A stretch of 64,000 nt of DNA, taken from contig NC_092671.1 of assembly GCF_964355755.1 (NCBI RefSeq), positions 12,214,001 through 12,278,000 on the forward strand. Direction: 5' to 3'. The notes under the pieces are model-generated. The model was not told the origin of the DNA and did no database searches. It saw nothing but the letters and a program-made list of their open reading frames with translations. Position numbers and translations under genes: made by a program. Origin of the DNA: Antedon mediterranea. Its lineage: Eukaryota > Animalia > Echinodermata. Positions 36,001-50,500 of the stretch are shown piece by piece. Within the stretch, counting starts at the first letter, position 1. Each line of letters opens with the position of its first letter.

Positions 36001-39000
36001 CATCTTATTAAGAAAGAATGGCAATTTCTTTGGTTCTGGATCATCTGTGTCCTGGCCCTTAGTGAAGTATACTAACAGAGGTTCAGCTCCTTCTGCAGTC
36101 TTTAATTTTTCTCTGCCAGCCTACATACAAAATATGTATAACAAAGTATTACTAGTGGAAGAATAAATGCAATGTGTTTTTTAAGATAGTGAAAGTGGTG
36201 TAGATTTGAATGAATTTTATTCACTTTTGAAATACAGATTTGGGAATAAATAACACATACATAATAATATTCATAATAATACTTCTTGTATCAAACATGA
36301 AGTTACTTAAACCTTACCTGTAGATCCTCATATGATATTGAAGGAATTCCAGGTAGCAATTTAAACACCTGCTTAGCAACTTGCTTGGGCTCATCTATTT
36401 CCAATTCCTAAATAAAGCACATACAAAAGTGATTTAGGGGCTAATGACTTATCTTATAGTAACTTTGCAATTTTAGATTGGCATAAATGAACTTGTTATA
36501 TACTTATATATTATACTTTTATACCTACAATAAAATAAATGTATTTTTTCTATCAAAAAACAAACATACTTACTGTTCTTACGGCCTGACCAACTTTCTT
36601 GCCTGTCTCATAGAACATGATTGTACTTTCTTCAATTTTAAGTTTCAAACAGAGTTTCTTTGATGCTGTGCAATCAATTGTTGCAACGTTGACAACTTTG
36701 TTCTGAAAACATTGTTCTTTACTTATTATGTATCAGTCGATCTTAATTTACATGTGTATGAGCAGGTTAAACTGTTAATATATCTGTGCATACATGGTAT
36801 TTACAGTTCCCCAACTCCCACTTTTAAGTCTTAAACTTACCAAAATTGCTGAAAATTTTGTTTGATCCACAGATTCAAAACAATTAGCAGTAGATAGTTC
36901 CTTACTTTCTCTGTCATCTTCTACAAAATATACAAAATAAATATCTTATACAAGTCTACTACTACTCTATTCATATTTTCAATATAGCATTACTAATACA
37001 GTATATCTACTTTCTTGCACATGGATATGCCAAAAACCCATACATACCAATAGGTGAACCACAGTAGTTTACTACCCATGGTCTGTTTTTATTTTCTTCT
37101 GCTAATAAAATTTCCTTAAAGTTTCCTGAAAAACAAATCAACATTTCAGTATTGAAAATAATGTAAAGCTCTATCTACACTATCAACATTTATGTGAAAA
37201 ATGTGATGTGCCCATATATGGACATAATTATGTCATATCATTACCATATTTGAGCATATCAAACTTGTTTGATAGTGTAGACATAGCTTAACAATTAAAC
37301 GAATGTTTTATTTCACACAAATAATGTTGACATTGGGAATCCGTTGTCACAACTAACCTGCAAAAAGTGTGTGTACAGTTGATTTGACCTGCCTTAGAGC
37401 ATGTTTAATAAGAGCCTGCAGCTTTCGTGACCCTGTGTACTCTTCATTCTTTGATGGTTGAACAAAACACAATAAACATTTAAATAAAATGATCACAAGT
37501 ACCTTAATGTAGAAATGATTGTCAATAAGTGTTAAGCTGTGGTGTGTTACTTTTTGTGGTAATGTGTTTTGAGATTTTATTATGTGAAGCTCTATTGAAT
37601 ATGTGTACGATATATGAAAAGGGAACTATAGAAATGATATAATTAATTGAGAGTCCAGGGTAAACAGTACTGTAATTCTTGTTCATTAATAAAAAAAATA
37701 CTGATTTACTCAAAAAATCAAAGTATGTATATATATTACTTACAACTGGATACATTTTAAGTGTTGGGAACTGACGAATACCCTGAGCTGTGCATAATGG
37801 GTTATCGTCCCAACAATTAACAGCTCCAATACGAACAACACCCTCCAGTTCTTTTGCAAATTCCCGCCACTGAAAAAATAATATAGATGATTCGATTGAA
37901 GTATGTTATGTCAATAAACTCAACATAGCCATAAAGTGGGTAAAATCAAAACGTATCTGTATGAATTTACAAAAGAGTAACATTCCTTTAATGGGACACT
38001 TTAAAAACTCAAAGAACATATAATATTGTCCCTTTGAAAGTGCCTTACCGTGGGAGCAAGATCATGACAATGATGACAGCGTGGAGAATAAAAATTGACA
38101 ATCCAAAAATCTTCACCAAATACGGATTGTTCTGAAAAACCAAGTAAAAATAGTTTCCAACTACTATAAATCAGATCTACAATCATAGGGCTCAGTTTAA
38201 GTTATGCTACAGTAGTTCAGAATAAAAATAGGCATACCTACAGGTAGCATTTTTCCAGAACATATTGGGTGCTGTTGATGGTTAAATATAATAATAATAA
38301 GAATAAACTTACCAAAATCTGTTTTACTTAAGGTAACAATCTCAGGATCTTCATCATAAAGACCTATAAAATTAGTAAAGTATTATAATTTTAAAACACA
38401 CTTTTACACTATTATATATTTTACATACTTAATTTCTACTTAATAGAAGACAATTACTGATCACTCAACCAATAGGTTGAATGCTTTGTCACATAGTGAT
38501 AGGCAATCCTGTATCCTGTTTTATTTAAAACCATATTTAACACTTAATCCATGACTTCATGTTTCTATGAAGTCATGGTTGTAACAATTTGTTTTAATTA
38601 CTAAATCAACACTGTCTGATACCACTAGTAACAATATTAATTTTTGGATTATTATTGTTTTTCTATTTTTTTTCTAATTTTCAGCAATACTGAAATTACA
38701 CATACACTAACCAAATTCTGTTTTGTAAAACTGCCAGCTTTCATATTTTCTATATCCTTGGTTTTGTTCATTTAGACCCTCCTCTCCAAACCGGTCATAC
38801 TTTTCTCTTAAGTCAGAATCTTTTAAGACTTCATAAGCTCGATTATATCTTATAAATTGTTCATGTGCATTTGGATCATCCTAATAATATCAGTAATTTA
38901 AAAAAAAATTTTAGTAAATCATTGAAACATAAGATGGATTGATCAAAGAATGGAGAAGAGGTTAAATAAAAAGGAATTACTTCTTTAATGTTGATCATCA

Positions 39001-39384
39001 TGTATTCAAATCACAAATAACAAAACCTTGGCTTTTAATGAGAACAACATCTGAACAATTTTTTAATTTATAACATAGACATTCAATTATCTTCATTTTA
39101 ACATAGTAAAATTAGGGAATCATAAACACACTAATAATGCACTATATATTCTGCATGCTCACCTTATTTTTGTCTGGATGATGTTTTAAAGCAATCTTTT
39201 TAAATGCTCGTCGAATGTCACGCTCAGTGGCATCACGTTCTACGCCGAGTAATTTATAAAAATCTTCGGCTGAAACTAAACTACACCGTAATAATACCAA
39301 TAATAGACTAACAAAAAATAATAAATTAATTCTTCTTGTTGAACTCGTCGTAGACAGTCCAATCAACATTTTTTTTTCAATCAT
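33099..39384 (-). CDS. DNAJC10: DnaJ homolog subfamily C member 10 (ERdj5), about 19 coding exons
   Basis: Signal peptide and J domain (DFYKLLGV..HHPDKN, 39163-39384); thioredoxin motifs CHHC, CPPC, CPPC and WCGPC; C-terminal HTEL* ER-retention variant; 5' UTR exon donor near 40120. Confidence 0.96.
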
Positions 39385-42067
39385 ATAATTTAGCCTGTAA
39401 AATAAAAAAGTAGAAAACATTTTAGAGTACAGCAATTAATTACTAGTACTAGGGCCTATAAAAGTACTTACTATCAATGCATAATAAGTGTTTTTTATAG
39501 TATAATGCTAGTATTGGAAGTAAAAAGATGATTGAGACGACTTGCTTGCTGTGACTCCAAATGCATATTTGGGACGGTGATGGAAGTGGAGAAATACTGC
39601 ATCCCTACCTAGGCTACTAGAGTACCAGCTACCTGTTGTTGAACTTGATTGATGTGTGGATTTTGGTATTTTAGGCCTATTATCTTCTAGTAGTATCATA
39701 ATAATAATTCTTTCTAGCTAGGCCTAGGCCTAGCCTGGCTAGCTAGTAATAGTATTATTATTATTGATTAATTATTTATAATAATAGACAACAATAGGCC
39801 TTATATATAGCCTATAAAGGCCCTAGCTACAGTAAAGTAATAGTATACTAGGCAAGTACTACTACTATTCCTACACTACTACTCTAGGACTAGGCTAGGC
39901 GCCGGGTGAAGGATATCATCCAGTACCTGCCCGGCCGGTACATCATATACACACACTAGCTTATTAGCTAGGCCTACTACTACTACTAGAACAGCAGCAA
40001 CACACAGCCTCGTCATATCATAAATGAACTGTGCTAGGCCTAAAAGCCTGATTTGTGATCTATACCATCGCCAGTTGTTTCTAGTAAAATCGTATTCTCA
40101 CATAAAGACATAAACTTACCTTGTTATGTAATGTGTATTAAATATTATAGTAAACGGCGGCGTATAGTGACTCTCCGCTCTCTCTCTCTCACACGTAATA
40201 GGCCTACGTACGTACATGTGGAGTGTTGTTATTAGCGAAATATGGCTTCTTATAACATACGCATGCGTACATCTCGCATTATAAAGACTGACGTGTCACT
40301 TTTGCTGAAGTAGTATTGTATTTTTGAGCACTCACAATGAAATTTATCACACCCCTCTTTGTTAATGTTTCTGAAGAATTAAGTAGGCCTATTTATACCT
40401 ACGTGGAAGGTGGTGATTATAGTTCTTTGGTGATTACTGGAAACCAAAAAATCATGACATTTTTAAGATCACATTAGGGCCTCTTATTCCTTTCTGATCA
40501 TACCTAAAATCAATATTTTTTCAGTTTCTTTGCTTCTTTTATAATTTCGTCGCACACAGCCAGTTTTTGTTCTATTTCAAGCATTCGAATTTTAGTATGA
40601 ATGAGAGAAATCGCATTTACAAATTTTTCATCAGACTGCTGGTTTTGTGGGCCTACGTTAACGTCTTTATTAGAAGGTTTTCTCCGGGTACTGTCTCCTT
40701 CCATGCTTACAACGGGAGTGAACGTGACATACACACAGCGGTATATGCAAATTATGCATAATTAATTTATTCATGATCGGCGCCACCATGTGTGAATGAC
40801 GTAAGAATCACGTCCATCTGTCGTTAGTGCGCAATAACATAATAAATACAGTGAGTAGAGTGCCCCTCCTGCTCCTAAATGATAAAGGCCCATTCACTAA
40901 CGATAAAATATGCATTTTTTAACAAAGCAAAACAAATCTAAAAAAGTTGTCATCCTATAACTATAGTATAATCGCATGCTTTCTTTGATGAACATGATAT
41001 ATTATAAGAGCAATAATATCGTGAAAAAATACAGCGATTTTATTGTTTTTATTGATCATGACGCCATTTTATTGGGTTTAAACAAATATTATTATTGTTA
41101 TTTTTATCAAAGACAGTAAAATTAGTAGGCCTATTCATAGTTCTAGAAAGAAAACCTATCCAATTTCTTTTGTTTTATTTGAGAAAAATGCATGCTTATC
41201 TACTTTATCGTCGATCGTTATCGCCCTAGTGTAAATGGAAGGAACAAGGACACTGTTTATGTAAACACGCCACCAAGAAGGAGACACTTGTTTTTTGGGG
41301 GTTTTTTTTACCATATTTTATGAGGGTGATCCATCCGGCAATTGCTGATCATTAGATACCCTCAGAGTTTCAAAAGATAAACATATACACAAGATGCTCT
41401 ACACAAACAAAGTCCGATATTAAAAGTATTTGAACCTGCATTGCTCCTTCATGGTGCATGAAAATCATAATTATAATCAATTATAATAGTATTAATAATA
41501 AACATAGTAAAGTAAATATAAAAAGCAAACGGTGAGTGACAATGAATAATGTGAAACTCCATCAAGTAATTACGTCTAAGAATTATATTAAAGTCTTCAT
41601 ATTTACCACATCGATTTAATTATACTAATATTTGTTTATATTGACAAAGCGTGTTTACTAACTTGCCAAGTACATACTTACAGAACCAGCGGACAATACA
41701 TAATAATATATTAGATTATACTTCGATATAAGCTCTGTTTTCAACACAATATCATTAATTTATACACAGTCAGACTCAAGTAAACAACATTTGTGGATAT
41801 AATGCATAATTAAAATGAAAATGGAAATATTCATAATGAACTAATAACAACAAAATCAATTGAATATTGAAGGGCCTATATATTAAAAGGCATTACATAG
41901 TCTTATTAGAATATGAGTGTTTACAAAGTAAGGCACATTCGTTGCTAACATGTATCGATTTTAAATGGAACGAACTTGTAATTGAATATAAAGTAGTCAT
42001 GATTGTAACAAAAAAGCATTACACGACAAAACGACGCGCAGAAGTTTGTGCTTTTGAATAGATCACC

Positions 42068-43973
42068 ATGGTGTCGTACTATCTTATCATTGCGCTAGTG
42101 TGCATGATTGCTGTACGTGAATCTGCTGGTTTGTGTTCGGGTAGGTTTGAAATTTCATCGAATTACACTCTCAATTCAAGTGATTTAATTGTTAACGAAA
42201 CTAATGAAAATCTACTGCACGTTTGCGCAACAAAATGTTTGGGCGATTACCGTTGCGTTTCGGCCAACTACGCAGAAAGCAACAAGCTATGTCAACTATT
42301 AACAGTTATTGAAGAAGGGGAAAACAAAGCGTTAACATCTGATGATCAATGGACTCATATTAAACTTCTTCGCTGGCCGGTAATCTTTATATTATTTTTT
42401 CCAACATCACCGACTTCTATTATTACCACCACCACCATCATCATCATGACCGTTCTCCTCAACAACATCGTCATTAACCTCTGATAACACAAGTTATACA
42501 GTTATGTATACAGTATATGACTTTACAGCTTCATCATTGCAAATAAGAATCAGTGAAGGATCTCTAGATTTTATTTCTTAAGGATTTCTTTAGATGCTCC
42601 AACAAATATATTTTCGAGCTTTCGTTGACCATGAATCATCAAAACAAATTCTTAAACTAGAATTAATATTGTGTTATATCTATTAATGAATATACTATTA
42701 TTGTATTTATTTTAGGAAAGTAGCTTTAGAAACAGGACTATCATACCGACATTGACAGAGAAAACCAGAGGATTCATCAGTTTTGGATACAGTAGTTTAA
42801 TGGATACATACAACCGTACATCCAGTACAGATAACGTCACCATTCAAAACTGGAATTCTTTAACATTTACCAATGTTAACCTTGCCCGATATGAGACCAC
42901 TGTGGAACCTACTACCGCCCCGACAGCTGCTACGGTGCCGACTACCGTACCAACGACCAATCCCACCGTAAACGAGTCTTCTTCTGATGCTCAACAACCA
43001 GATATCTATTCTGTAAGTATGGTCCAAACCGATGTCTTTTTTGAAAAACGAAAGAAAGAAACGAAAGAAAAGATCAACTCACCAAACATTCACGGCAACT
43101 TACATTGGTTATGTAGGTTACGAAACAATTCAAATTTACCTGTTTACCAGTTATTGAAGAAGGGAAAAAAGTGTTAAGATCTAATGATGATCAACGGGTG
43201 CATATTAAACGTTTGACTGTGATCAAAAGTCAAATAAATACAATTAAATTAAGTGAAACGGGCGTAAACGTGAAGATTGACGGTTGAGTATCAATAATCT
43301 CAACAGGCATAACTATGTAGTTCCCTCAGAGTTCCCCTCAGTCATAAACCCCCACAGCGCCCATCCCTTCATTATATATATTAAAAACAACAACAAACAA
43401 TTGTTTTTGCTTTCAATAACTTAGTTCCTCTACCGTGAGTCAAATACCACAGATGCAGAAATATCCTGGAAGTTTGATTTCTCGGATACTCTCCTTCGTG
43501 TTTTCAAACTGGTAATGAAAGGAACCGAGTATGATGGCGGTGGAAGTATTACACACACTGTCTGTGATGAAGATGCATATTGCATCCAGGGTTTCGGTAT
43601 GTAGGCCTATCTCTATTGGTTTAAATTATAGAATTAAATTATTATAGAATTATTATTAAATTATTATAGAAAACTGTACAATTTTTGTCCATAACAACTT
43701 CCGTGGTGCTTCATGTGAATGGAAGATATTGCCATCTGTGAAGTTGGCGATGGTGGCGATGACGGCTATATTATTACTAGTGCTATTTTGTTTTATATTC
43801 CAGGAGTTAATGTAGAAACATCCGAATTTGATGGAGCAAAGAGTCTGACCATCAGTTTAAACATGTCTGGTGATCCAGATCAATACCAACGTTTGTTTCC
43901 AGTCTCAATCTATGAACCTCAAGATACCTTCGGGTTTTCTGTGAATATCACTTTGACTGACGAATGTCAATAA
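42068..43973 (+). CDS. Putative 316-aa secreted protein: signal peptide + PAN/Apple domain + PAW-like (PNGase C-terminal) domain with Thr/Pro-rich insert
   Basis: Exons 42068-42379, 42716-43012, 43425-43596 and 43804-43973 splice in frame. PAN pattern CATKCLGDYRCVSANY....KLCQL. PAW-like motifs Y...MDTYNR....TIQNW, FLYR......ISWKFD, FDGAKSLTI...SG....Q.LF..S. Confidence 0.75.
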
Positions 43974-44197
43974 TCTTCAGAATGATAAATTCCTGTTGAA
44001 TTGCATATAGCTACCGTACTTTACATGTATATTTTACATTTGTAGGATGGTTGCCGGAAGACTCCATTAATTTCCAATTTTATTCTATATGTATGATAAT
44101 TTTATAAATTATAAATAATTGTGTGTAAATTAAGAAGAAACGAGATGTCTTATTGCATGACACGTTTGGGGATAGGTGGTACGCAGCGTTCGAACTT

Positions 44198-44507
44198 AAG
44201 CTTGGTTCCCACTAGAACGTAACGCAAGGACGTAAACGCAACGCAAGCGTTTTAACCAATGACAAGCGAAGTTATAGACAGTAGCAATCACAAGCGAATA
44301 AGCCATCGCTTGTGATTGGTCAATTCACTTGCGTTGCGTTACGTCCTTGTGTTGCGTCGCTAGCTTACTAGAGACGCAACGCAAGGACGTCGACGCAACG
44401 CAAGCAAGTTGGCCAATGACAAACGACAGTAATAATCCATCGCTTGTGATTGGTCAAATTACTTACGTTGCGCTTACGTCTTTCCATTTCGTCTTGATGG
44501 GAATCAA
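44198..44507. mobile_element. Harbinger-like MITE with internal inverted repeats
   Basis: aagcttggttccca ... tgggaatcaaatt; repeated acgcaaggacgt/acgcaacgcaag in both orientations. Confidence 0.6.
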
Positions 44508-46051
44508 ATTACTTCCTTTCTATGACTGCTGAATACAGTTGTATGTGACTCTCGACGATGTTTTTAGGTTTCTAGAACCTTTGTAGAAATATACCAAAAT
44601 TAATTGTAGCTTAACTATATTAAGTGTTACATGCAAGGCACAAACAGAAGATATGACAATGGATAAGTATAATCCATGGAGGTATTACCACCTACATGTA
44701 TAATCTAACCTACGTTTATGCAGGATTGGGTTATTATAATTTCATCAAATAACTTTAAGATGATTAAATTGGTTTTAAGATAAAATTCAAATGACATCAT
44801 TATCTTTAAGATGAGGTTATAATAACAATTTGTCTTTGACAACTTTATTTTTAGCAGTCTTCTAGGTAAAACAACCAGGCTAGTCTACAACCAATATAAT
44901 ATATATATATACTGTATATACATAATATAGTTTAATAATAATAGTAGGCCTATATATCCTAACAGTATTCACTAAACAGAAGGTCATGACGTTTGGCCCA
45001 GTCTCCGACGACACTAGTTGTCAACATTGAGGACCAATTTGAATTGAATATTCAATATTTTTATTTATTTATAAACATATTTCTACTGGATGACAATATC
45101 AACGTTGTCCCACAAAGGGGACATTGTTGTTTTTCAAGAGGTCCAGCATAAAACCTAACAACATACATGATTATATAATACATCGTTTCTTAAAATTAGT
45201 AAAAAATTTTAAAATTAAACAGCCTAAAATAATACTAAAAATGTTAAAACCATACATTAAAAATACAAAATTATGATTAAAAATCTAAGTTAACAAAGAT
45301 GTTCATAAAATTATATAATACATACCGTAGTTTCTTAAAAATAGTAAAAATGTTAAAATTAAACAGTCTAAAATAATACTAAACTTTGAGAACCATACAT
45401 TAAAAATACAATATAATTGCTAAATTGATGTTTATAAATAGGCCCTGCATTTTAATTCCATTTATGAGTGATGTCGTTTGTTTGTTTCTGAACAGTAGGG
45501 CCTAATTGCCGTGTTTCCGCAGAAACTAAAATTATTCACCGGTGAATTATTGGTAATTTTGTTTAACCATACGTATGATCATGGAGGTATAACCTCCATG
45601 GTATGATCAATCATTACCGAACATCAAGGCGCCCAATCACAGCACAACAATGTTTACCTTCAGGTAAAAAATTGTCGCATTTATCGGATATGATTTGAAT
45701 GAAATAATATCGAGGGGTTAACCCGTTCATTGGTTAATATCGTTTAATTTTTATCAATCTATGACTATGGTTAAATTGGCTGCGGAAACACCTACTATGC
45801 AATAATTTGGGAGCGCAATTCATTACTTGGGACTGATAAGAATGATTAAAAAGAACAGTCAAAAATCGAATAAAAATGTATTTCCTCCATAATTAATCGA
45901 CGTAACCATTTTTTTATTTCTTAAAAAATAATAAATTAAAACTAAATATTTTCGCAAGGAGAACAAAACAGTTAATGTAACCATAAACCCCGGGTCTTCC
46001 TCGGTTAACAAGCAATTAAATTACGGTTTTATTAAATTTATTATTTGTTAA

Positions 46052-46597
46052 AGATGTATTGTCCCTTGAAACACAAAAAAATGAAGGTCAAAATATTCTA
46101 AATTTAAAGTGGCCATATCAAAGTAATATTAAAGTTATTCACTTTGAGTCGAAAATTTGAGCCAAAAACAACAAGTTTACGTAATTAACAGGTAAATTAG
46201 TTTGATTACATTTCATCTGGAAAATCGTCACGAGCGAAAGTAAACAAAGATTTCAAACCATGAGTACGCATTATGCATATGCTAAATTAGGATTGTTTAC
46301 AACTCGTCACGGTTAAGAAGGTATTTTCAAACAGATCATGAAGAAGTTTTATGATTATGCGTACAGAGTAACCAAACAAGCGCGTTTCATTATGGGATAT
46401 GTTTTGATTGAAAACTTTGACTGGAAGTCAAAGTTATTTTTTTAACAAAAAAACGTCTGTATTTCAGTAAAAAATTTTTTTTTCGAAAAATGTTTGGTGA
46501 TAGTTAATAACTATTATGATACTTCAAAATGACCCACCTTTTTTCGAAATCTTTTATTTTTTATTTTTTTGGAATTAGTCAAAGGGACAATACATCT
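46052..46597. mobile_element. Kolobok-like MITE
   Basis: ttaa|agatgtattgtccctt ... aagggacaatacatct|ttaa. Confidence 0.8.
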
Positions 46598-47541
46598 TTA
46601 AATTAGTGTGGGTACAATATACCCTGTAGAATTTATGCCTAAAACCAGTTAGCTTGGTTAAAATGACTCGTCCAGCGCTTTCTAATAATCGATCTAGAAT
46701 GGGTAACTTAACTTCTTCGAGTCTACCAATGAAAGTACTGTATTATCCAAGTAGGCCCAAATAGTTTATCTACATAATGAAATTAGTTTCCTTTTCATGC
46801 GGCGCCACCAATATCGATTTGGTATAATTAGTACTGATGATATTGATATAAAATTTGCGGTACACAACCACACCACAAACACACTGATGATAGGCCTATG
46901 TTATATTATTATTACTGTATATTATAAGTCACTTCCGCCCTGCATTTTGGTTATTTTGGCGCGCTCTTTTCTTATTTACATTCATTGGTGGATCATGACG
47001 TTGTGGAAAAATAAGGAACAGTCATTAGCGTTGCTATATAAAATAAATCGATGAATTATAAATTAAATAATTAAAATTATGTTATCAGTAACTTAAAATC
47101 ATCGAAATAAACATTTATTTTTTGATTTTGATTATAATCACGCTTTTATTTTTAGTATTAAATATTATTATATATGAAAATTTTCTATTGGCTGTAAGAA
47201 AGAGATAATAAAGACACTAACAGAATAAGCCAATGAAAATGCATGTCTTAGAATATGCTTTTGGCGGAATAATCCAGAACAAGAAATCAATATCATTGCG
47301 CACCGATCTCCATGTGCAAAAAATAGTAAGCCGGTGGCGATGTGTGAATGGTAAAATCCCAATAGAGCGCCAGCCAAAACCGTCATAGAGGGGGCAAGTT
47401 GTCGATTTTCCGGGGACATTTTGTTGACCTCTTCCAAAATTTGGGCCTGAACTTGGCATAAGAATTCATTAATTTACTGCATACTCGGAATCGGCATTAC
47501 TATTTGTATTGATTTGAGGTATTCTGTAAACCTGTGCAGCA

Positions 47542-50500
47542 ATGGCTGATACAAACCACCTCGCTAAGATTTTAGAAAAGACGGTATCACCAGGTAATTT
47601 ATTTGGATTTCGCTCCGAAACATGTGTGTGTCTTTGGTTGATGGCCTAGGCCTAGCTAAGCCTAGCCTAGGCTACCATGTTGAACGGCCTACTGGCAAAC
47701 TAGGCTTAGATTTACTTACTAACTTAAAAATACGCAGTTATAGATGAAGAGTGACCTTGATAAATATAAATGCATTGCGAAGTTTACAATACTTTATATA
47801 AATTGAAAAACAGACAAGAATAGAAAAGCTCAGTCTCAGATCAATCAGTAAAATATAATATATATATATATATTTAATAAACCACTGGCCAACCTCTATA
47901 AATTATTTTTGATGCCTGTATAGGCCTAGTATTCTTTTGTTAAAACTGCCTTCTTTGATGATGTAGCCTATAATATCTATACTGTCATAGACATAGTGTA
48001 CCAGTAGTATAACTTTTTGCTTGTTTCATGTATAGGATTTCATCCTTTTATTCTATTCTTTCAAGTCTTATTAAAATATTAATTATTAATAATCATTCAT
48101 GATTCATTGTGCGTGTATAGCCAAAAACTTAGACCTTTATTGTTTATGGGTTTTTATTTTTTAGACACTGCTGAGTTAGAGGGGGCACAAAAATGCTTAG
48201 AACAAGCTGCTTTGGAAAACTTGGTAAGTTAAAAAAAATGGATCATTATTAATAATTATAATTATATAATATAATTATTATAATTATATAATATAATTAT
48301 AATCATTAATAAATTCAATCAATAATCCACTCATTCGTCAATTAATCCTCTCATCCATCAATATTATCCTCTCATCCATCAATATTATCTTCTCCTTTAC
48401 CAATCTCACCTGCTAACATAATTCTCATCATTCATTAAACCTTTAAACACCGACCAACATCAATCTCACCAACATCAATCTCACCAACATCAATCTCACC
48501 AACATCAATCTCACCAACATCAATCTCACCTGCCAACATCAATCTCACCACCATCAATCCTACCAACATCAATCTCACCAACATCAATCCTACCAACATC
48601 AATCCTACCAACATCAATCTCACCAACATCAATCTCACCAACATCAATCTCACCAACATCAATCTCACAAACATCAATCTCACAAACATCAATCTTGAAC
48701 TAACATCAGTCTCAACAAAACCAATCTCACCAACATCAATCTCACCAACATCAATCTCACCAACATTAATCCTACCAAAATCAATCTCACCTCCCTCAAC
48801 ATCAATCATTCCATCATCAATCTTGACAACATTAATCTTTACTCAATCAATCTCACGTCCACCAATCCTACTGACATCAATCTTTTGTTCATCAATTTTG
48901 CCAACATCCATTTTTCCTTCATCAATCTTGTTAACAAAATCTCCCCATCAACATCAATTCTACCAAAATCAATCTTATTCTTACCAAAGTCAATCTCACC
49001 TCCATCAATCCTACCAACATCAATCTTTCCTTCACCAATCTTACCAACAAAATCTCCTCATCAACTTCAATCCTACCAACATCAATCTTGCCAAAGTCAA
49101 TCTCAGCTCCATCAATCCCACCAACATCAATCTTTCCTTCATCAATCTTACCAACAAAATCTCCTTATCAACATCAATTCTACCAACATCAATCTTACCA
49201 ACATCAATCTTTCCTCTCAGTCTCACCAACATCAATCTCACCAACATCAATCTTTCCTTCATCGATCTCACCAACATCAATCCTACCAACATCAATCTTT
49301 CCTCCATCAATCTCACCAAAATCAATCTCACCAACATCAATCTCATCTTCATCAATCTCATCTTCATCAATCTCACAAACATCAATCTCACAAACATCAA
49401 TCTTGAACTAACATCAATCTCAACAAAACCAATCTCACCAACATCAATCTCACCAACATCCATCTCACCAACATCAATCTCCTTCATCAATCCCTCCTTT
49501 ATCTATCTCTATCTCTCAAAATCAATTGACCATATATTTTCAATGTATTTTTCTGTAGCCTCAATTTCTTCTGGGGCTTTCCCATGTTCTGTCCAGTTCT
49601 GATAACACTCAAGTTGTCCGCATAGCAGCTGGTCTACAGCTTAAGAACTATTTAACATCAAAAGATGCTAACATACGCCTTGAGTGTCAAAAGAGATGGA
49701 TTCAGATAAGCGAAGATGTAAAGCAAGATATTAAAACCTTGGTAAGTTAATATTTGTTGTTTTGTTAAACTGCTGATCTTTGTAGAGAATTGTCATTAAT
49801 TTTTAAAATCTCAGTATCATCAGTTTTACTTGAAAATAAATTGAAATAATTTGTTTTCCAAACACAGCATGAAAGATGTAGATGAAATGTAATAAAATGA
49901 CAAGTGACAGCTTGGATTACCTTTTTCATTGGTTGAATGATTATAATATTTAATGCATCATAATGAGACGGTTCCCACTAGTTAGGACGCAAAAACATAA
50001 CACAGCACAAATGATTGGTTAAATTACTTTGCTCTGCACATACATCCTTGCATTGGTAGTAGGAACCCAGATTTAGTTTAACCACTAATAATGAGTTCAA
50101 GTGTGCAACAAATATACAGGCCAGATAACAATTTAACATTCTTATATTATAACAATTGTAGATAGCGAGCAGCATACACTGGCACTTAAGATAACTTCAT
50201 ACCTTTATTTTTATTTTGGTACTTTAGGTAATCAACACTCTTGGAACTGAGGCATCTGGACATAGCACAGCAGCCCAGGTAAATTGAAGCAATTTTATGA
50301 AATGATTACAGCTTTCATAATTATGGCGTTTTGTACAAGGCTCAGTGATGACATATAAGATACCTCAAAAGTGTGTACATGTTCCATTTTAGTTAATACG
50401 GACTTTACAAAACACAACTTGGGAAGCCACAGGACGGTGCTCATGAGCTTTAACAAAGTGGGCGGAGCTTCGCCTAAAATTGCCATTTTCATGACTAGAA

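Noticed and set aside
47168-47459. Antisense ORFs upstream of the KPNB1 ATG
   Set aside because: They overlap the probable KPNB1 promoter/5' UTR, with no recognisable protein features.
48435-49602. Long overlapping ORFs in several frames (GEIDV, HQSH, TNINL repeats)
   Set aside because: By-products of a 15-bp minisatellite inside KPNB1 intron 2; the flanking exons splice in frame without them.
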